In this document: in pieces, positions 51,460 to 61,125 of the stretch
How positions within the stretch are numbered: position 1 is the stretch's first letter
Layout of the letters: each line of letters starts with the position of its first letter
Assembly (NCBI GenBank): GCA_963822585.1
Contig: CAWGIE010000007.1
Location: 96,001 to 160,000, forward strand
From: an uncultured bacterium
Lineage (GTDB): Bacteria > Auribacterota > Erginobacteria > Erginobacterales > Erginobacteraceae
DNA: 64,000 nt
Direction of reading: 5' to 3'
Notes under the pieces: generated by a model
Told to the model about the DNA's origin: nothing
Database searches by the model: none
Seen by the model: the letters and a program-made list of their open reading frames with translations, nothing else
Position numbers and translations under genes: made by a program

Positions 51460-52727
51460 AAAAGCTGCTGACAACGGTTCTTGTCCTGGCGATTCTGGGG
51501 GGAGCCGTCTGGTATCTCTTGCTGCGGCCGGGAGAAAAACGGGGGGATCATAACCTCCATAACCTTCTGGCTCTCCCTTATATCTCACTCTCTTCCGAAA
51601 ATGCCGACACCTCCCTGACCGGTGTTACCCGGTATATACCGGAGAAATCTTCACCCGGCTATAACCTTTACAGCGATGAAAAGCATGCCTATTTGATCGA
51701 TCGGGAGGGCCGGGTCGTCCATCGCTGGAATTTTCCCAGCGACGATTCCGGTTGGGAGCATGTTGAATATCTGGGGGAGGGTGTGATCCTGGCCAACTGC
51801 AACGGGGAAGAGATCGTCAAGCTCGACCGGGATTCAAACGTCATCTGGTCCCGGCCTTATAAGGTTCATCACGATATCGCTCTCGATCCGGATGGGTCCC
51901 TCCTGGTCCCGATCGGGACCGATCATCGGCTCTACCGGTACCGGCTGGTCCAGTTCGATTCCATCCTCCGCCTCTCCGGGGAGGGAGAGCGCGAAGGGGA
52001 GTGGTCGTCATTTTCCAATTTCGAACGTCTCCATACCCTTCATCACCCGCTCGAACTGGATACCGACCCCGATATCTCGGGTATCTCGGCGGCCGTGAAG
52101 AGGTTCTACTTCCGGAGGATCCGGGGGATTACCGTCGGGGTCTATGAAATCGACAAATGGCTCCGGGCGATCGTCGGCCTGGACAAGTACGATTACTATC
52201 ATCTGAACACCGTGGAAGTCCTTCCCGAAACCGAGCTCGGGAAACGCGACCCGCGGTTCGCGGCCGGGAATATTCTCACCTGCCTCCGGCACGCGAACCT
52301 GATCCTGATCCTGGATAAGAAGAGCCGGGAGATCGTCTGGAGCTGGGGGCCCGAGGAACTGGACTGGCCTCACATGCCGACCATGCTTGAAAACGGCCAT
52401 ATCCTGGTCTATGACAACGGCGCTCACCGAACTTATTCCCGGATCCTGGAACTCGATCCGGTTTCCGAAAAGATCGTCTGGGAGTACCGGGCCGATCCCC
52501 CCGAGGCATTCTATTCGAAAACCCGGGGATCGAATCAGCGCCTTCCCAACGGCAATACCCTGATCTGCGAATCCGAGCGGGGCCGGGTTTTCGAGGTCAC
52601 TCCTTCGGGAGAAGTGGTCTGGGAGTTCTATAATCCCGACATCCGGGACGGCAAACGCCGCCTGATCTACCGGATGGAACGAATCCCGCCGGAGAAAGTG
52701 GAGAACTGGCTGGATAAAAACAAATGA
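51456..52727 (+). CDS. Arylsulfotransferase (ASST)-like beta-propeller protein
   Basis: VHHDI, YHLNTV, PH, LVYDNG, QRLPNGNTLI; N-terminal anchor. Confidence 0.75.
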   Translation: MKKLLTTVLVLAILGGAVWYLLLRPGEKRGDHNLHNLLALPYISLSSENADTSLTGVTRYIPEKSSPGYNLYSDEKHAYLIDREGRVVHRWNFPSDDSGWEHVEYLGEGVILANCNGEEIVKLDRDSNVIWSRPYKVHHDIALDPDGSLLVPIGTDHRLYRYRLVQFDSILRLSGEGEREGEWSSFSNFERLHTLHHPLELDTDPDISGISAAVKRFYFRRIRGITVGVYEIDKWLRAIVGLDKYDYYHLNTVEVLPETELGKRDPRFAAGNILTCLRHANLILILDKKSREIVWSWGPEELDWPHMPTMLENGHILVYDNGAHRTYSRILELDPVSEKIVWEYRADPPEAFYSKTRGSNQRLPNGNTLICESERGRVFEVTPSGEVVWEFYNPDIRDGKRRLIYRMERIPPEKVENWLDKNK

Positions 52728-52765
52728 ACGTTCAACGTCGAACGTCCAGCTTCGAACGTCGAACG
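52725..52765. repeat. AACGT(T/C)(C/G) 7-mer tandem repeat beginning at a stop codon
   Basis: TGAACGTTCAACGTCGAACGTCCAGCTTCGAACGTCGAACG. Confidence 0.7.
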
Positions 52766-52846
52766 AAAAGCCCCGAAGGGGCAGCTTGCCCTGAACGGAG
52801 TCGAAGGGGCAGACAATAGGCCGGGGCGTCAGCCCCGGTTTTGAAA

Positions 52847-54460
52847 ATGAAAGGAGATCAAATAGCCCGCGCGACCGCCTTCCTCCTCTGCCTGGCCGCC
52901 CTGGCCTGGGGGGGGATCGGGGGGCGTTCCCTCCAGCCCCCGGATGAGCAGCGGGAGGCGGAGATCGCCCGGGAAATGACGACGGGAGGATCGCCGCTGA
53001 TCCCCCGCCTGGCCGGCCGCCCATTCGTGGAGAAACCCCCTCTCTACTACTGGGTCTCAAGCGCCGCCATGAAAACCCTGGGGAGGGTGGTCGGTCTGAC
53101 CGCGGCCGCGCAGGGGGTTTCCTTCCTCTGCGCGGTTCTGTTGCTGCTCGTAATCCGGCTCGTCGGCGGAAAATACCTGGGGCGCCGGGGAGCTTTCACG
53201 CTGGTGCTGGTCCTGGCCTCCATGCTGGGCTTCCTCGACGCCGCCCAGAAAGTTCTGACCGACCCCCTGCTGATGTTCCTGACCGGCGCCGCCATCCTTT
53301 TGTTCTTCGCCGGGCTGGAGCGCGCTAAACCGGCCTGTCTCCTGGGGGGATATCTGGCGGCCGGGCTGGCCTTTCTCACCAAGGGGCTCATCGGCTGGGC
53401 CCTGATCGGCATCCCGGGGATCGCTCTCGCCCTTCTCTATTTCCGGGAGATCCGCCGGCACCCGCACCTCCATCTCCTGGGGGTGCTTTTCTTACTGGTA
53501 CCGCCCCTGGCCTGGGCGGCGCTCTTCCGCCTGCAGGGAGGCCCGGAACTCTGGCGGCAATGGCTGATCGAGAACCAGGCCGGGCGCTTCCTGGGCAGCA
53601 CCGGACATCTGGGACATATCAAGGGGCCCTTTTATTACGGGGAACTGCTTCCACTGGCGCTCTTGCCCTGGACGCCGGCGGTCATCGGCTGGATCGTTCA
53701 CCGCGGCTGGCGGCAGTGGAAAACGGAATCCACCGGCGCCCGGAACCTCTTCATCACCGCGGCCGTCTGGTCATTCGGCGGTCTCCTTTTACTCTCCCTG
53801 GCCGGGACCAAACGCAATATCTACCTTTTCCCGCTCCTGCCGGGTTTCGCCGTCCTGGCCGCCTCCTACCTGGAGAATCGGCCGGCCGCCTGGGTGCGGG
53901 TGCTGTTGCGGCTTATTACCGTCCTTCTTCTCCTGGCATCCCTTTACCTGGCATTCTTCAACCCGGTTGCCGGTGAAGCTCCCTGGCACTGCTCCTTCAG
54001 CTTCCCCGCTCTCCTGGTCGCGGCGATCGGGGGCGGTATATTCCTGACCTCAAGAAAAGATCTCCCGATCTGCCTGGCCGGCATAACGGCGGTCTTCTAC
54101 CTTTCCTGCCAGTTCACCTTTCTGCCGGTTATTGACGGCCGGAAGAGTTACCGGCCGATGGTTACCCGCCTGACGGCGGCGATCCCCGACGGCCAACGGA
54201 ACCGGGTCTGCGGCTGGAAGACGGATGAGAGGACCGTGGCATCCTTTGCCTTCTACGGGGATCTTTACCTGTCCGATCCCGGCAATCCGGCGCGGCTGGC
54301 CGACGTTCTCCGGGGGGAGGACGGGGAATACGGGCTGGTTATCGTCCGACGAGAGCATCTCCTCCAAGCCACGGGCGAACTCCCTCCCTGGAAAATCCTC
54401 GCCGGAAGGAAGGCGGAAACAAGAGATTATCTCTTGATTTCGGGGACGGATGATCAATAA
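52847..54460 (+). CDS. arnT: ArnT-like (GT83) lipid A L-Ara4N transferase, paralogue 1
   Basis: PDEQREAEIAREM, FVEKPPLYYW, LTKG, KRNIYLFP. Confidence 0.75.
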   Translation: MKGDQIARATAFLLCLAALAWGGIGGRSLQPPDEQREAEIAREMTTGGSPLIPRLAGRPFVEKPPLYYWVSSAAMKTLGRVVGLTAAAQGVSFLCAVLLLLVIRLVGGKYLGRRGAFTLVLVLASMLGFLDAAQKVLTDPLLMFLTGAAILLFFAGLERAKPACLLGGYLAAGLAFLTKGLIGWALIGIPGIALALLYFREIRRHPHLHLLGVLFLLVPPLAWAALFRLQGGPELWRQWLIENQAGRFLGSTGHLGHIKGPFYYGELLPLALLPWTPAVIGWIVHRGWRQWKTESTGARNLFITAAVWSFGGLLLLSLAGTKRNIYLFPLLPGFAVLAASYLENRPAAWVRVLLRLITVLLLLASLYLAFFNPVAGEAPWHCSFSFPALLVAAIGGGIFLTSRKDLPICLAGITAVFYLSCQFTFLPVIDGRKSYRPMVTRLTAAIPDGQRNRVCGWKTDERTVASFAFYGDLYLSDPGNPARLADVLRGEDGEYGLVIVRREHLLQATGELPPWKILAGRKAETRDYLLISGTDDQ

Positions 54461-54462
54461 TC

Positions 54463-54996
54463 ATGAAAGTCCCTTCGAAACGGATCTTATGGATAGTGCT
54501 GGGGGCGATCCTGGGGAGCGGCTGCGGGGATAACCATTCACCCGCCCGGCCCGAAAAACCCGAAGCCTGCATCGTCGATATCGATAAAACGATCACCGAC
54601 GGCAATTATCAGCGGCATACGCTGCACAAGGTCCCCCTGCCGGCGGCGGCGAGCGTCCTGCGGAGGATCGAGGAGGGCGGCGTCAGCGTCTTTTACCTGA
54701 GCGGACGCTACACGAGCAAGCTGCCCCGGACCCGCGCCTGGCTGGAAAAAAACGAGTTCCCCGCCATGGGGCGGGTTATCCACAGGGAACCCGGCGCGGA
54801 AGACACAGCCAGCTATAAACTCCGGGAGATCCGGAAAATTCAGGAACGCTATGAAGTTCTCTGCGCGTTCGGAAACGAGAGCGACCTCCCCGTTTATCGC
54901 CAGGTCGGTGTTCATCCGATCTGCCGGGAGATGTGGAGCAACGAAGACTGGGCGGCAGTGAGCGACAATCTGGACCGCCTGGAAGAATTCGAATGA
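54463..54996 (+). CDS. HAD-family acid-phosphatase-like lipoprotein
   Basis: GSGC lipobox; VDIDKT, YLSGR, conserved K, FGN..D. Confidence 0.7.
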   Translation: MKVPSKRILWIVLGAILGSGCGDNHSPARPEKPEACIVDIDKTITDGNYQRHTLHKVPLPAAASVLRRIEEGGVSVFYLSGRYTSKLPRTRAWLEKNEFPAMGRVIHREPGAEDTASYKLREIRKIQERYEVLCAFGNESDLPVYRQVGVHPICREMWSNEDWAAVSDNLDRLEEFE

Positions 54997-55063
54997 TCGG
55001 TAATCAGTAACCTGGATTACCGATTACCGATTACCGATCACTGATCACTGATTACTGATTACT
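54994..55063. repeat. GTAATCA 7-mer periodic palindromic element
   Basis: Starts at stop TGA: TGATCGGTAATCAGTAACC...GATTAC/GATCAC x7. Confidence 0.85.
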
Positions 55064-55095
55064 ATTATCGGGCATGCCGATCAGACTGATGCCGC

Positions 55096-56717
55096 ATGAA
55101 TAGCGACCGGATAATACCCTGGTGGGTGGTACTGCTCTGCCTGGCCACCCTGGCGGTCGGGATCGCGGGCCACGAACTCTGGACGCCCGACGAACCCCGG
55201 GAAGCGGCCATCGCCAAAACCATCGCCGACGGCGGACCGCTTTTGATCCCGCGGCTGGGCGGAACCCCCTTCGTTGAAAAGCCTCCCCTCTATTACTGGT
55301 TTTCCGCTCTCCTGATGCGTTCCCTGGGAATCATAACCGGTCCCACCGCGGCGGCGAGGGGCGCTTCCGCCCTCTGCGCCGCCCTCACCCTCCTGGCGGT
55401 CTGGGCGGTCGCCCGGCGCTTCTGGGGCCGGTACCGGGGGATCGCGGCCGTCCTCATCCTGGCCACCATGCTCGGCTTCGCCCGGGCCGGCCACTGGATA
55501 CTGATCGACCCGCTCCTGATGCTTTTGGTCACCGCGGCGGCCCTCTTTTTCTTCCGGGGACTGGAGGATGACCGGCCGGGCTGGATCCTGGGAGGATATC
55601 TCTGCGCGGGTTTGGCCTTTCTCACCAAGGGGTTCATCGCCTGGGCGCTTCTCTTCTTCCCCTGGGGGACTCTGGCGCTTATCCATTTTCCCCGGATTAC
55701 CCGCCGACCTTTCCTGCACCTGGCCGGATTACTCATCATGCTGGGATTGCCGGGAGCCTGGATGGCGGCCTTTTATCGGCAGGGCGGGACGGAACTGTGG
55801 CGGGAATGGTTGATCGATAACCAGATCGGGCGTTTTTCCGGGAGTTCCGCCCACCTGGGACATATCAAGGGCCCTTTCTACTATCTCTGGCTGGCCCCCC
55901 TGCTCTGCCTGCCCTGGACACCGGCCCTGATCGGGGCCATCGCCGACGGAGGATGGCGATCCGTTCTCAACCGGGGGGAAAAAGGAATACGTTGCTTCTC
56001 CTCTCAATCGCCTGGGGATGGGGAGGGCTCCTCATCCTCTCCCTTGCCGGAACCAAGCGGGAAGTCTACTTTTATCCCCTCCTCCCCGCCTTCGCGCTCA
56101 TGATCGCCGTCGCCGGCGATCAGCTGCCCCGTTGGAGCGCCGTCTGCCTCCAGGCCCTCGCCGGCCTCCTCCTCCTGGTCCTGCTTGTCTTCTCCTTTTA
56201 TATCATCGACTGGCAGGACGGGGAGATCATCCGGGGATTGGGGTTCAATCCGCCGGTGCTTCTTCTGACCCTGGCCGGGGTCTTTTCGTTCCTTTTTCTG
56301 AAAAGGCAGCCCGTCGCCCGGACCGCCGCGGTGACCGCCTGCTTTTACATCGCGGCCGCCCTGGCGGCGTTTCCGGTCCTGGATAAGGTCTGGAGCTACC
56401 GGGAAATGACTCAGACCCTGGCCGCGGCCGTTCCGGAAGTGTCGCGGGAGAGGGTCTGCGTCTGGGGGGAGGACGAAGCCACCCAGGGCGTCTTCTCCTA
56501 CTATTCCGGAATCGTTCTCCCCAAGGTTGAAGATCCGGAGCGCGCCGGCGCCATTCTCCGGGGCGAAGACCCCCAGTTCGACCTGATCGTTATCCCCCGG
56601 CTGAACGAATTCACGGACGCCAATCCCGCCTGCCCGGACTTCCGGGTACTGGCCCGGGCCCGGAAAGGGCCCCGGCGGGTGTTTTACCTGATTGCCGGGG
56701 CGGGTGAAGGCCCCTAA
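55096..56717 (+). CDS. arnT: ArnT-like transferase, paralogue 2, frameshifted near 55975
   Basis: PDEPREA, FVEKPPLYYW; one added base in G6A5 (55973-55983) restores LAGTKREVYFYP. Confidence 0.72.
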
Positions 56718-56762
56718 AACCATCATAAAAAGTGATTGAAACAGGAGCAGAATGCGCAGATA

Positions 56763-56804
56763 ATCCGTCCGATCAGTCAGATCCGACTGATCCGTCCGAT
56801 CAGT
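56763..56804. repeat. ATC(C/A)GTC(C/A)G 9-mer tandem repeat, single arm
   Basis: ATCCGTCCGATCAGTCAGATCCGACTGATCCGTCCGATCAGT, ending 7 nt before an ATG. Confidence 0.65.
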
Positions 56805-56811
56805 AAAAGCC

Positions 56812-58548
56812 ATGCTCGAAAAATCGAACATAGAAGAAAAGCCAACAATCCCCCGGTGGGTCACCCTCCTCTGCCTGGCCACGCTGGTCTTCGGCATCGC
56901 CGGGCACGCCCTCTGGACGGCCGACGAACCGCGGGAGGCGGAGATCGCCCGCGAGATGTCGGTGGTGATCCAGAGCCGGATCGTCGGGACTGATACCGGC
57001 ATCCGGACCGACTGGGCGGTTCCCTACCTGGCGGGGAAACCTTTTGTCGAGAAGCCGCCCCTTTATTACTGGCTCTCGGCCCTGATCATGCTGACGGTGG
57101 GGAAGCTGATCGGGGGCGCCGTGGCGGTGCGGGCTCTGTCGGCTCTCTACGCCGCCCTGACTCTCGCGGTAGTCTGGTGGACCGCGAGAGATTGCCTGGG
57201 GCGATATCGGGCGGCGGCGGCGGTCATCATCCTGGCCACCATGGTCGGATTCTTTCAAGCCGCTCACTGGATCCTGATCGATCCCCTCCTGATGATGCTG
57301 ATTACGATGGCGGTACTCTGTTTGTTTAATGGGCTTGATCGTGACCGTCCATTATTGATCCCGGCCGCCTATCTTTCCGCCGGGCTGGCGTTGCTGACCA
57401 AGGGTTTTGTGGCCCTGGGTCTTCTGGCTCTCCCCGGGATCGTTCTCTTCATTTTATACCGCCAATCGTTGCGACGCCGGTGGATCTTCCATCTGGCCGG
57501 AATTATCCTCCTGCTCGGCCCGGGACTGCTCTGGGCTTCTGTTTTTTATTCCCAGGGCGGCCCGGCATTATGGAAAGAATGGTTCGTCAATAATCAGATC
57601 GGACGGTTTTCAGGGAAGACGACCCATTCCCATATTCACGGGCCGCTCTACTATTTCGGGGTTGCCCCGGGGCTGCTCCTCCCCTGGACAATTCTGCTCC
57701 TGGGAGGCCTCTTCCGAAGGCGGGAACGGAATACCGGTGAACCGACTCAGAGAGCCCGGTCTTTCCTGAAGATGTCCTTCGCCTGGGCCATCGGCGGGTT
57801 TGTTCTTCTCTCCCTGGCCGGGACTAAACGGGATATCTATCTTTATCCTCTTCTGCCCGGCTTCGCCATTCTCTGTGTCTTCGTCCTCAGCCGGGTCCCC
57901 CGGTGGGTGGAGATTACCTATCGTTTTCTTCTCCCGATTCTGGTGCTCCCGGCCGCGGTACTGGCCTTCTTATCACCGGTCATCGGAGCGGGCACATTCA
58001 GCATCGCCGGGGATTTCAAGCCGGTGGTACTGCTTTGCGCTCTGATCGGTATTTTCGCGCTGCTCCGGCTGAAAGATAATCTCCCGGCCCGGATCGCGGC
58101 CGTAACCGGTATATTATATCTCACCGCCGTCTTCGCGGTCTTTCCCGTGATCGACGCGGAGAAGAATTATGAACCCGCCACCCGGCGGATCGCGGCGGCG
58201 ATCCCGGAAACGCAAATGAACCGGGTTTGCGGATGGAATACCGACGAGACCACCCAGGCTCTCTTTTCCTACTATACCGGGTTGACCCTGACCGACCTGC
58301 GTGATAAGGTACAGCCTGAGAAAAATCTGGGCCGCCTGGCGGAGATTCTCAGCGGCCGGGATAAGCAATACGATGCGGTCATCGTTCTCTTGAAGAGAGA
58401 GAGCGAGTTTCCCCCGGAAGGGATGCCCCCGGCCCGGTACCGGATGCTGGCCGAGGCACGAATGGGAAAACACCGCCGCCTGCTCCTCCTGATCGGAGTC
58501 AAGGACGCTGATTTGCCGTTACGGGCAGGTCAGTTTGACTTGAACTGA
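56812..58548 (+). CDS. arnT: ArnT-like transferase, paralogue 3
   Basis: ADEPREAEIAREM, FVEKPPLYYW, LTKG, KRDIYLYP. Confidence 0.75.
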   Translation: MLEKSNIEEKPTIPRWVTLLCLATLVFGIAGHALWTADEPREAEIAREMSVVIQSRIVGTDTGIRTDWAVPYLAGKPFVEKPPLYYWLSALIMLTVGKLIGGAVAVRALSALYAALTLAVVWWTARDCLGRYRAAAAVIILATMVGFFQAAHWILIDPLLMMLITMAVLCLFNGLDRDRPLLIPAAYLSAGLALLTKGFVALGLLALPGIVLFILYRQSLRRRWIFHLAGIILLLGPGLLWASVFYSQGGPALWKEWFVNNQIGRFSGKTTHSHIHGPLYYFGVAPGLLLPWTILLLGGLFRRRERNTGEPTQRARSFLKMSFAWAIGGFVLLSLAGTKRDIYLYPLLPGFAILCVFVLSRVPRWVEITYRFLLPILVLPAAVLAFLSPVIGAGTFSIAGDFKPVVLLCALIGIFALLRLKDNLPARIAAVTGILYLTAVFAVFPVIDAEKNYEPATRRIAAAIPETQMNRVCGWNTDETTQALFSYYTGLTLTDLRDKVQPEKNLGRLAEILSGRDKQYDAVIVLLKRESEFPPEGMPPARYRMLAEARMGKHRRLLLLIGVKDADLPLRAGQFDLN

Positions 58549-58676
58549 TCCTCTGGTTGTTATCAATCTATCTTAATTTAATAAATTAAATTTTTTTATG
58601 TATTAGCCCGAAGGCGCTGATTTACTATTTTTCTCCGGACTGTTTCCCGGAGGGAAATAGTCCGGAGAAAAATAAA

Positions 58677-59852
58677 ATGAGAGAGACATTCCTGCCCTTC
58701 TCCCAACCCGCGATCAATCAGGATGATATCGACGGCGTGGTCGAAGTCCTGAAATCGGGCTGGATCACCACCGGACCCAAGACCGCGGCCTTCGAGAAAG
58801 CTTTTCTGGATTACCTGGGGGCGAAATATGCCGTCTCGCTGACCTCCGCCACCGCCGGGATGCACCTGGCCCTGATGGCCCTGGGGCTCGATCCGGGGGA
58901 CGAAGTCATTACCCCCTCCATGACCTGGGGCTCCACCGTCAACCTCCTGATCCTCCTGGGACTGAAACCGGTCTTCGCGGATATTGACCGGGGGACCCTG
59001 ATGGTGACCCCGGAGACGGTCCGGGAGGTCATCAGCGGCCGCACCCGGGCCGTCATCCCGGTCCATTTCGCGGGCGCCCCGATTGATCTCGATCCCTTCC
59101 GCGCGCTGGCCGACGAACGGGAGCTGATCCTGCTGGAAGATGCCGCCCACGCTCTCGGTACCCGCTACCGGGAAGAGGCGGTGGGAAGCACCGGGACAGC
59201 CGTATTCAGTTTCCACCCGATCAAGAACATCACGACCGGAGAAGGCGGCATGGTCGTCACCGATGATCAGGAACTGGCGGAAAAAGTCAGGATTTTGAAA
59301 TTCCACGGGCTGGCCAAGGACGCCTGGCAGCGGTACAGTCGGAACGGGAAGTCCCAGGTGGAGATCATCATGCCCGGTTTCAAGTATAACCTGACCGACA
59401 TTCAGTCCTCCCTCGGACTGACCCAGCTGGCCCGGGTGGAAGAACTGAACAGAAAACGGGGTGAACTGTCGGCTCTCTACGATCAACACCTGGCGGGGAT
59501 AGAAGAGATCGCTCATATCCAGTCGCCGCCGTATCCTCACCGGAACAGCTACCATCTCTACATCGTCCTTCTGGACATCGATCGCCTGGCCATCACCCGG
59601 GACCAGTTCCTGGAGGAACTGAAAAAACGGAATATCGGAACCGGCATCCACTTCCGGCCGATTCATACCCAGGAATACTACCGAACGACGGGGGGATATC
59701 GCCGGGGGCTCCTCCCGGAGACGGAGTGGGTCGGCGACCGGCTCTTCTCCCTCCCGCTTTTCCCGGCCATGAACGAACAGGACGTAATGGACGTGGCCGA
59801 GGCAATCAAGGATACCGTTAAGGAATTCAGTAACCAAGCACATCCAGCATGA
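58677..59852 (+). CDS. arnB: UDP-4-amino-4-deoxy-L-arabinose aminotransferase
   Basis: SGWITTGP, EDAAHA, SFHPIKNITTGEGG, PGFKYNLTD; arn context. Confidence 0.92.
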   Translation: MRETFLPFSQPAINQDDIDGVVEVLKSGWITTGPKTAAFEKAFLDYLGAKYAVSLTSATAGMHLALMALGLDPGDEVITPSMTWGSTVNLLILLGLKPVFADIDRGTLMVTPETVREVISGRTRAVIPVHFAGAPIDLDPFRALADERELILLEDAAHALGTRYREEAVGSTGTAVFSFHPIKNITTGEGGMVVTDDQELAEKVRILKFHGLAKDAWQRYSRNGKSQVEIIMPGFKYNLTDIQSSLGLTQLARVEELNRKRGELSALYDQHLAGIEEIAHIQSPPYPHRNSYHLYIVLLDIDRLAITRDQFLEELKKRNIGTGIHFRPIHTQEYYRTTGGYRRGLLPETEWVGDRLFSLPLFPAMNEQDVMDVAEAIKDTVKEFSNQAHPA

Positions 59853-59860
59853 GTATTACT

Positions 59861-59944
59861 ATGGAATAATGGAGTGTTGGAATAATGGAGTGATGGAGAA
59901 ATTGTTTTTCCCAACACTCCAACACTCCATTACTCCACCACTCC
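59861..59944. repeat. ATGGAGTA 8-mer periodic palindromic element
   Basis: ATGGAATAATGGAGTGTTGG...CCAACACTCCAACACTCCATTACTCCACCACTCC. Confidence 0.85.
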
Positions 59945-59996
59945 TCATGGATCTATTTACGGCGCGTTTGATTTATTAATTATTTGCGGTCCAAAT

Positions 59997-60983
59997 ATGA
60001 ACACCGATCTTCCATCCGTCTCAGTCGTTGTCCCCGTTTACAACGAGCAGGAGAACCTGCGGGAGTTCATCCGGAGGACCGTCGCCGTTCTGGGGGGACT
60101 GGGGCGGCCGGCCGAGCTGATTTTGGTCGATGACGGCAGCCGGGACGGGTCTGCCGCCATTATCGCCGAAGAAGCCGAGCGGACACCGGGCCTGATCTCC
60201 GGGGTCTTCTTCAATCGCAACTACGGACAGCACACCGCCGTCATCGCCGGTTTTGCCGAGAGCAGGGGGGATATCGTCATCACCCTTGACGCCGATCTTC
60301 AGAACCCCCCCGAAGAGATCCCCAAACTGCTAACCAAAGCCGACGAAGGTTATGATGTCGTGGGCTCGGTGAGGGTCGGCCGGCGGGACTCCGCCTTCCG
60401 GAAGACCTTCTCGCGGATGATCAACCGGATAACCGCCCGGGCGACCGGGGTCCGGATGAAAGATTACGGCTGCATGCTCCGGGCCTACAGCCGGCCGGTG
60501 ATCAACGCTATCCTCCAGTGCCCGGAGCGGAGTACCTTCATCCCGGTCCTGGCCAACACCTTCGCCCATAAAACAATCGAGATCGACGTCGCCCACTCCG
60601 AACGGCCGGCCGGGGAATCGAAGTACGGGCTTTTAAAACTCATCAACCTCCAGTTCGATCTTCTCACCAGCATGACCACGTTCCCCCTGCGGCTTCTGAG
60701 CTTCATCGGGGCGATCATCTCGCTGGTCGGGATCGGGTTCGGCGTCCTGATCCTTATCATCCGTCTCCTCCAGGGACCGGAGTGGGCGGCCCAGGGGGTC
60801 TTCACCCTCTTCGCCGTCCTTTTCGTCTTTATCGGCGCCCAGTTCGTCGCCCTGGGACTGATCGGGGAGTACATCGGCAGGATTTACACGGAAGCCCGCG
60901 CCCGGCCCCGGTATTTCGTCCGCGACCGGGTCGGCAGTTCCTCGCTGCCGGAGATCGAAACCGGGGTGATGGACTGTAGTTAA
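59997..60983 (+). CDS. arnC: Undecaprenyl-phosphate L-Ara4FN transferase
   Basis: [34 protein letters not shown], two C-terminal TMs. Confidence 0.92.
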   Translation: MNTDLPSVSVVVPVYNEQENLREFIRRTVAVLGGLGRPAELILVDDGSRDGSAAIIAEEAERTPGLISGVFFNRNYGQHTAVIAGFAESRGDIVITLDADLQNPPEEIPKLLTKADEGYDVVGSVRVGRRDSAFRKTFSRMINRITARATGVRMKDYGCMLRAYSRPVINAILQCPERSTFIPVLANTFAHKTIEIDVAHSERPAGESKYGLLKLINLQFDLLTSMTTFPLRLLSFIGAIISLVGIGFGVLILIIRLLQGPEWAAQGVFTLFAVLFVFIGAQFVALGLIGEYIGRIYTEARARPRYFVRDRVGSSSLPEIETGVMDCS

Positions 60984-60994
60984 ATTACGGTGAA

Positions 60995-61056
60995 CGGACC
61001 GCGAAAATAGTCAGCAAACATTGTTAAAAAGTGTATGATCATTTTTTCGTGGTCCG
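60995..61056. repeat. Small inverted-repeat element
   Basis: CGGACCGCGAAAA...TTTTCGTGGTCCG around an AT-rich core. Confidence 0.5.
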
Positions 61057-61125
61057 GTATCAGATGTTAGCATTCCCGTGTCCATCTTCTTTGATACAAT
61101 CAGAAAAACATAAGGTTGCGAAAAA

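Noticed and set aside
55970..55985. Programmed -1 frameshift at GGGGGGAAAAA
   Set aside because: Not in X XXY YYZ phase; paralogues are continuous, so a sequencing error is simpler
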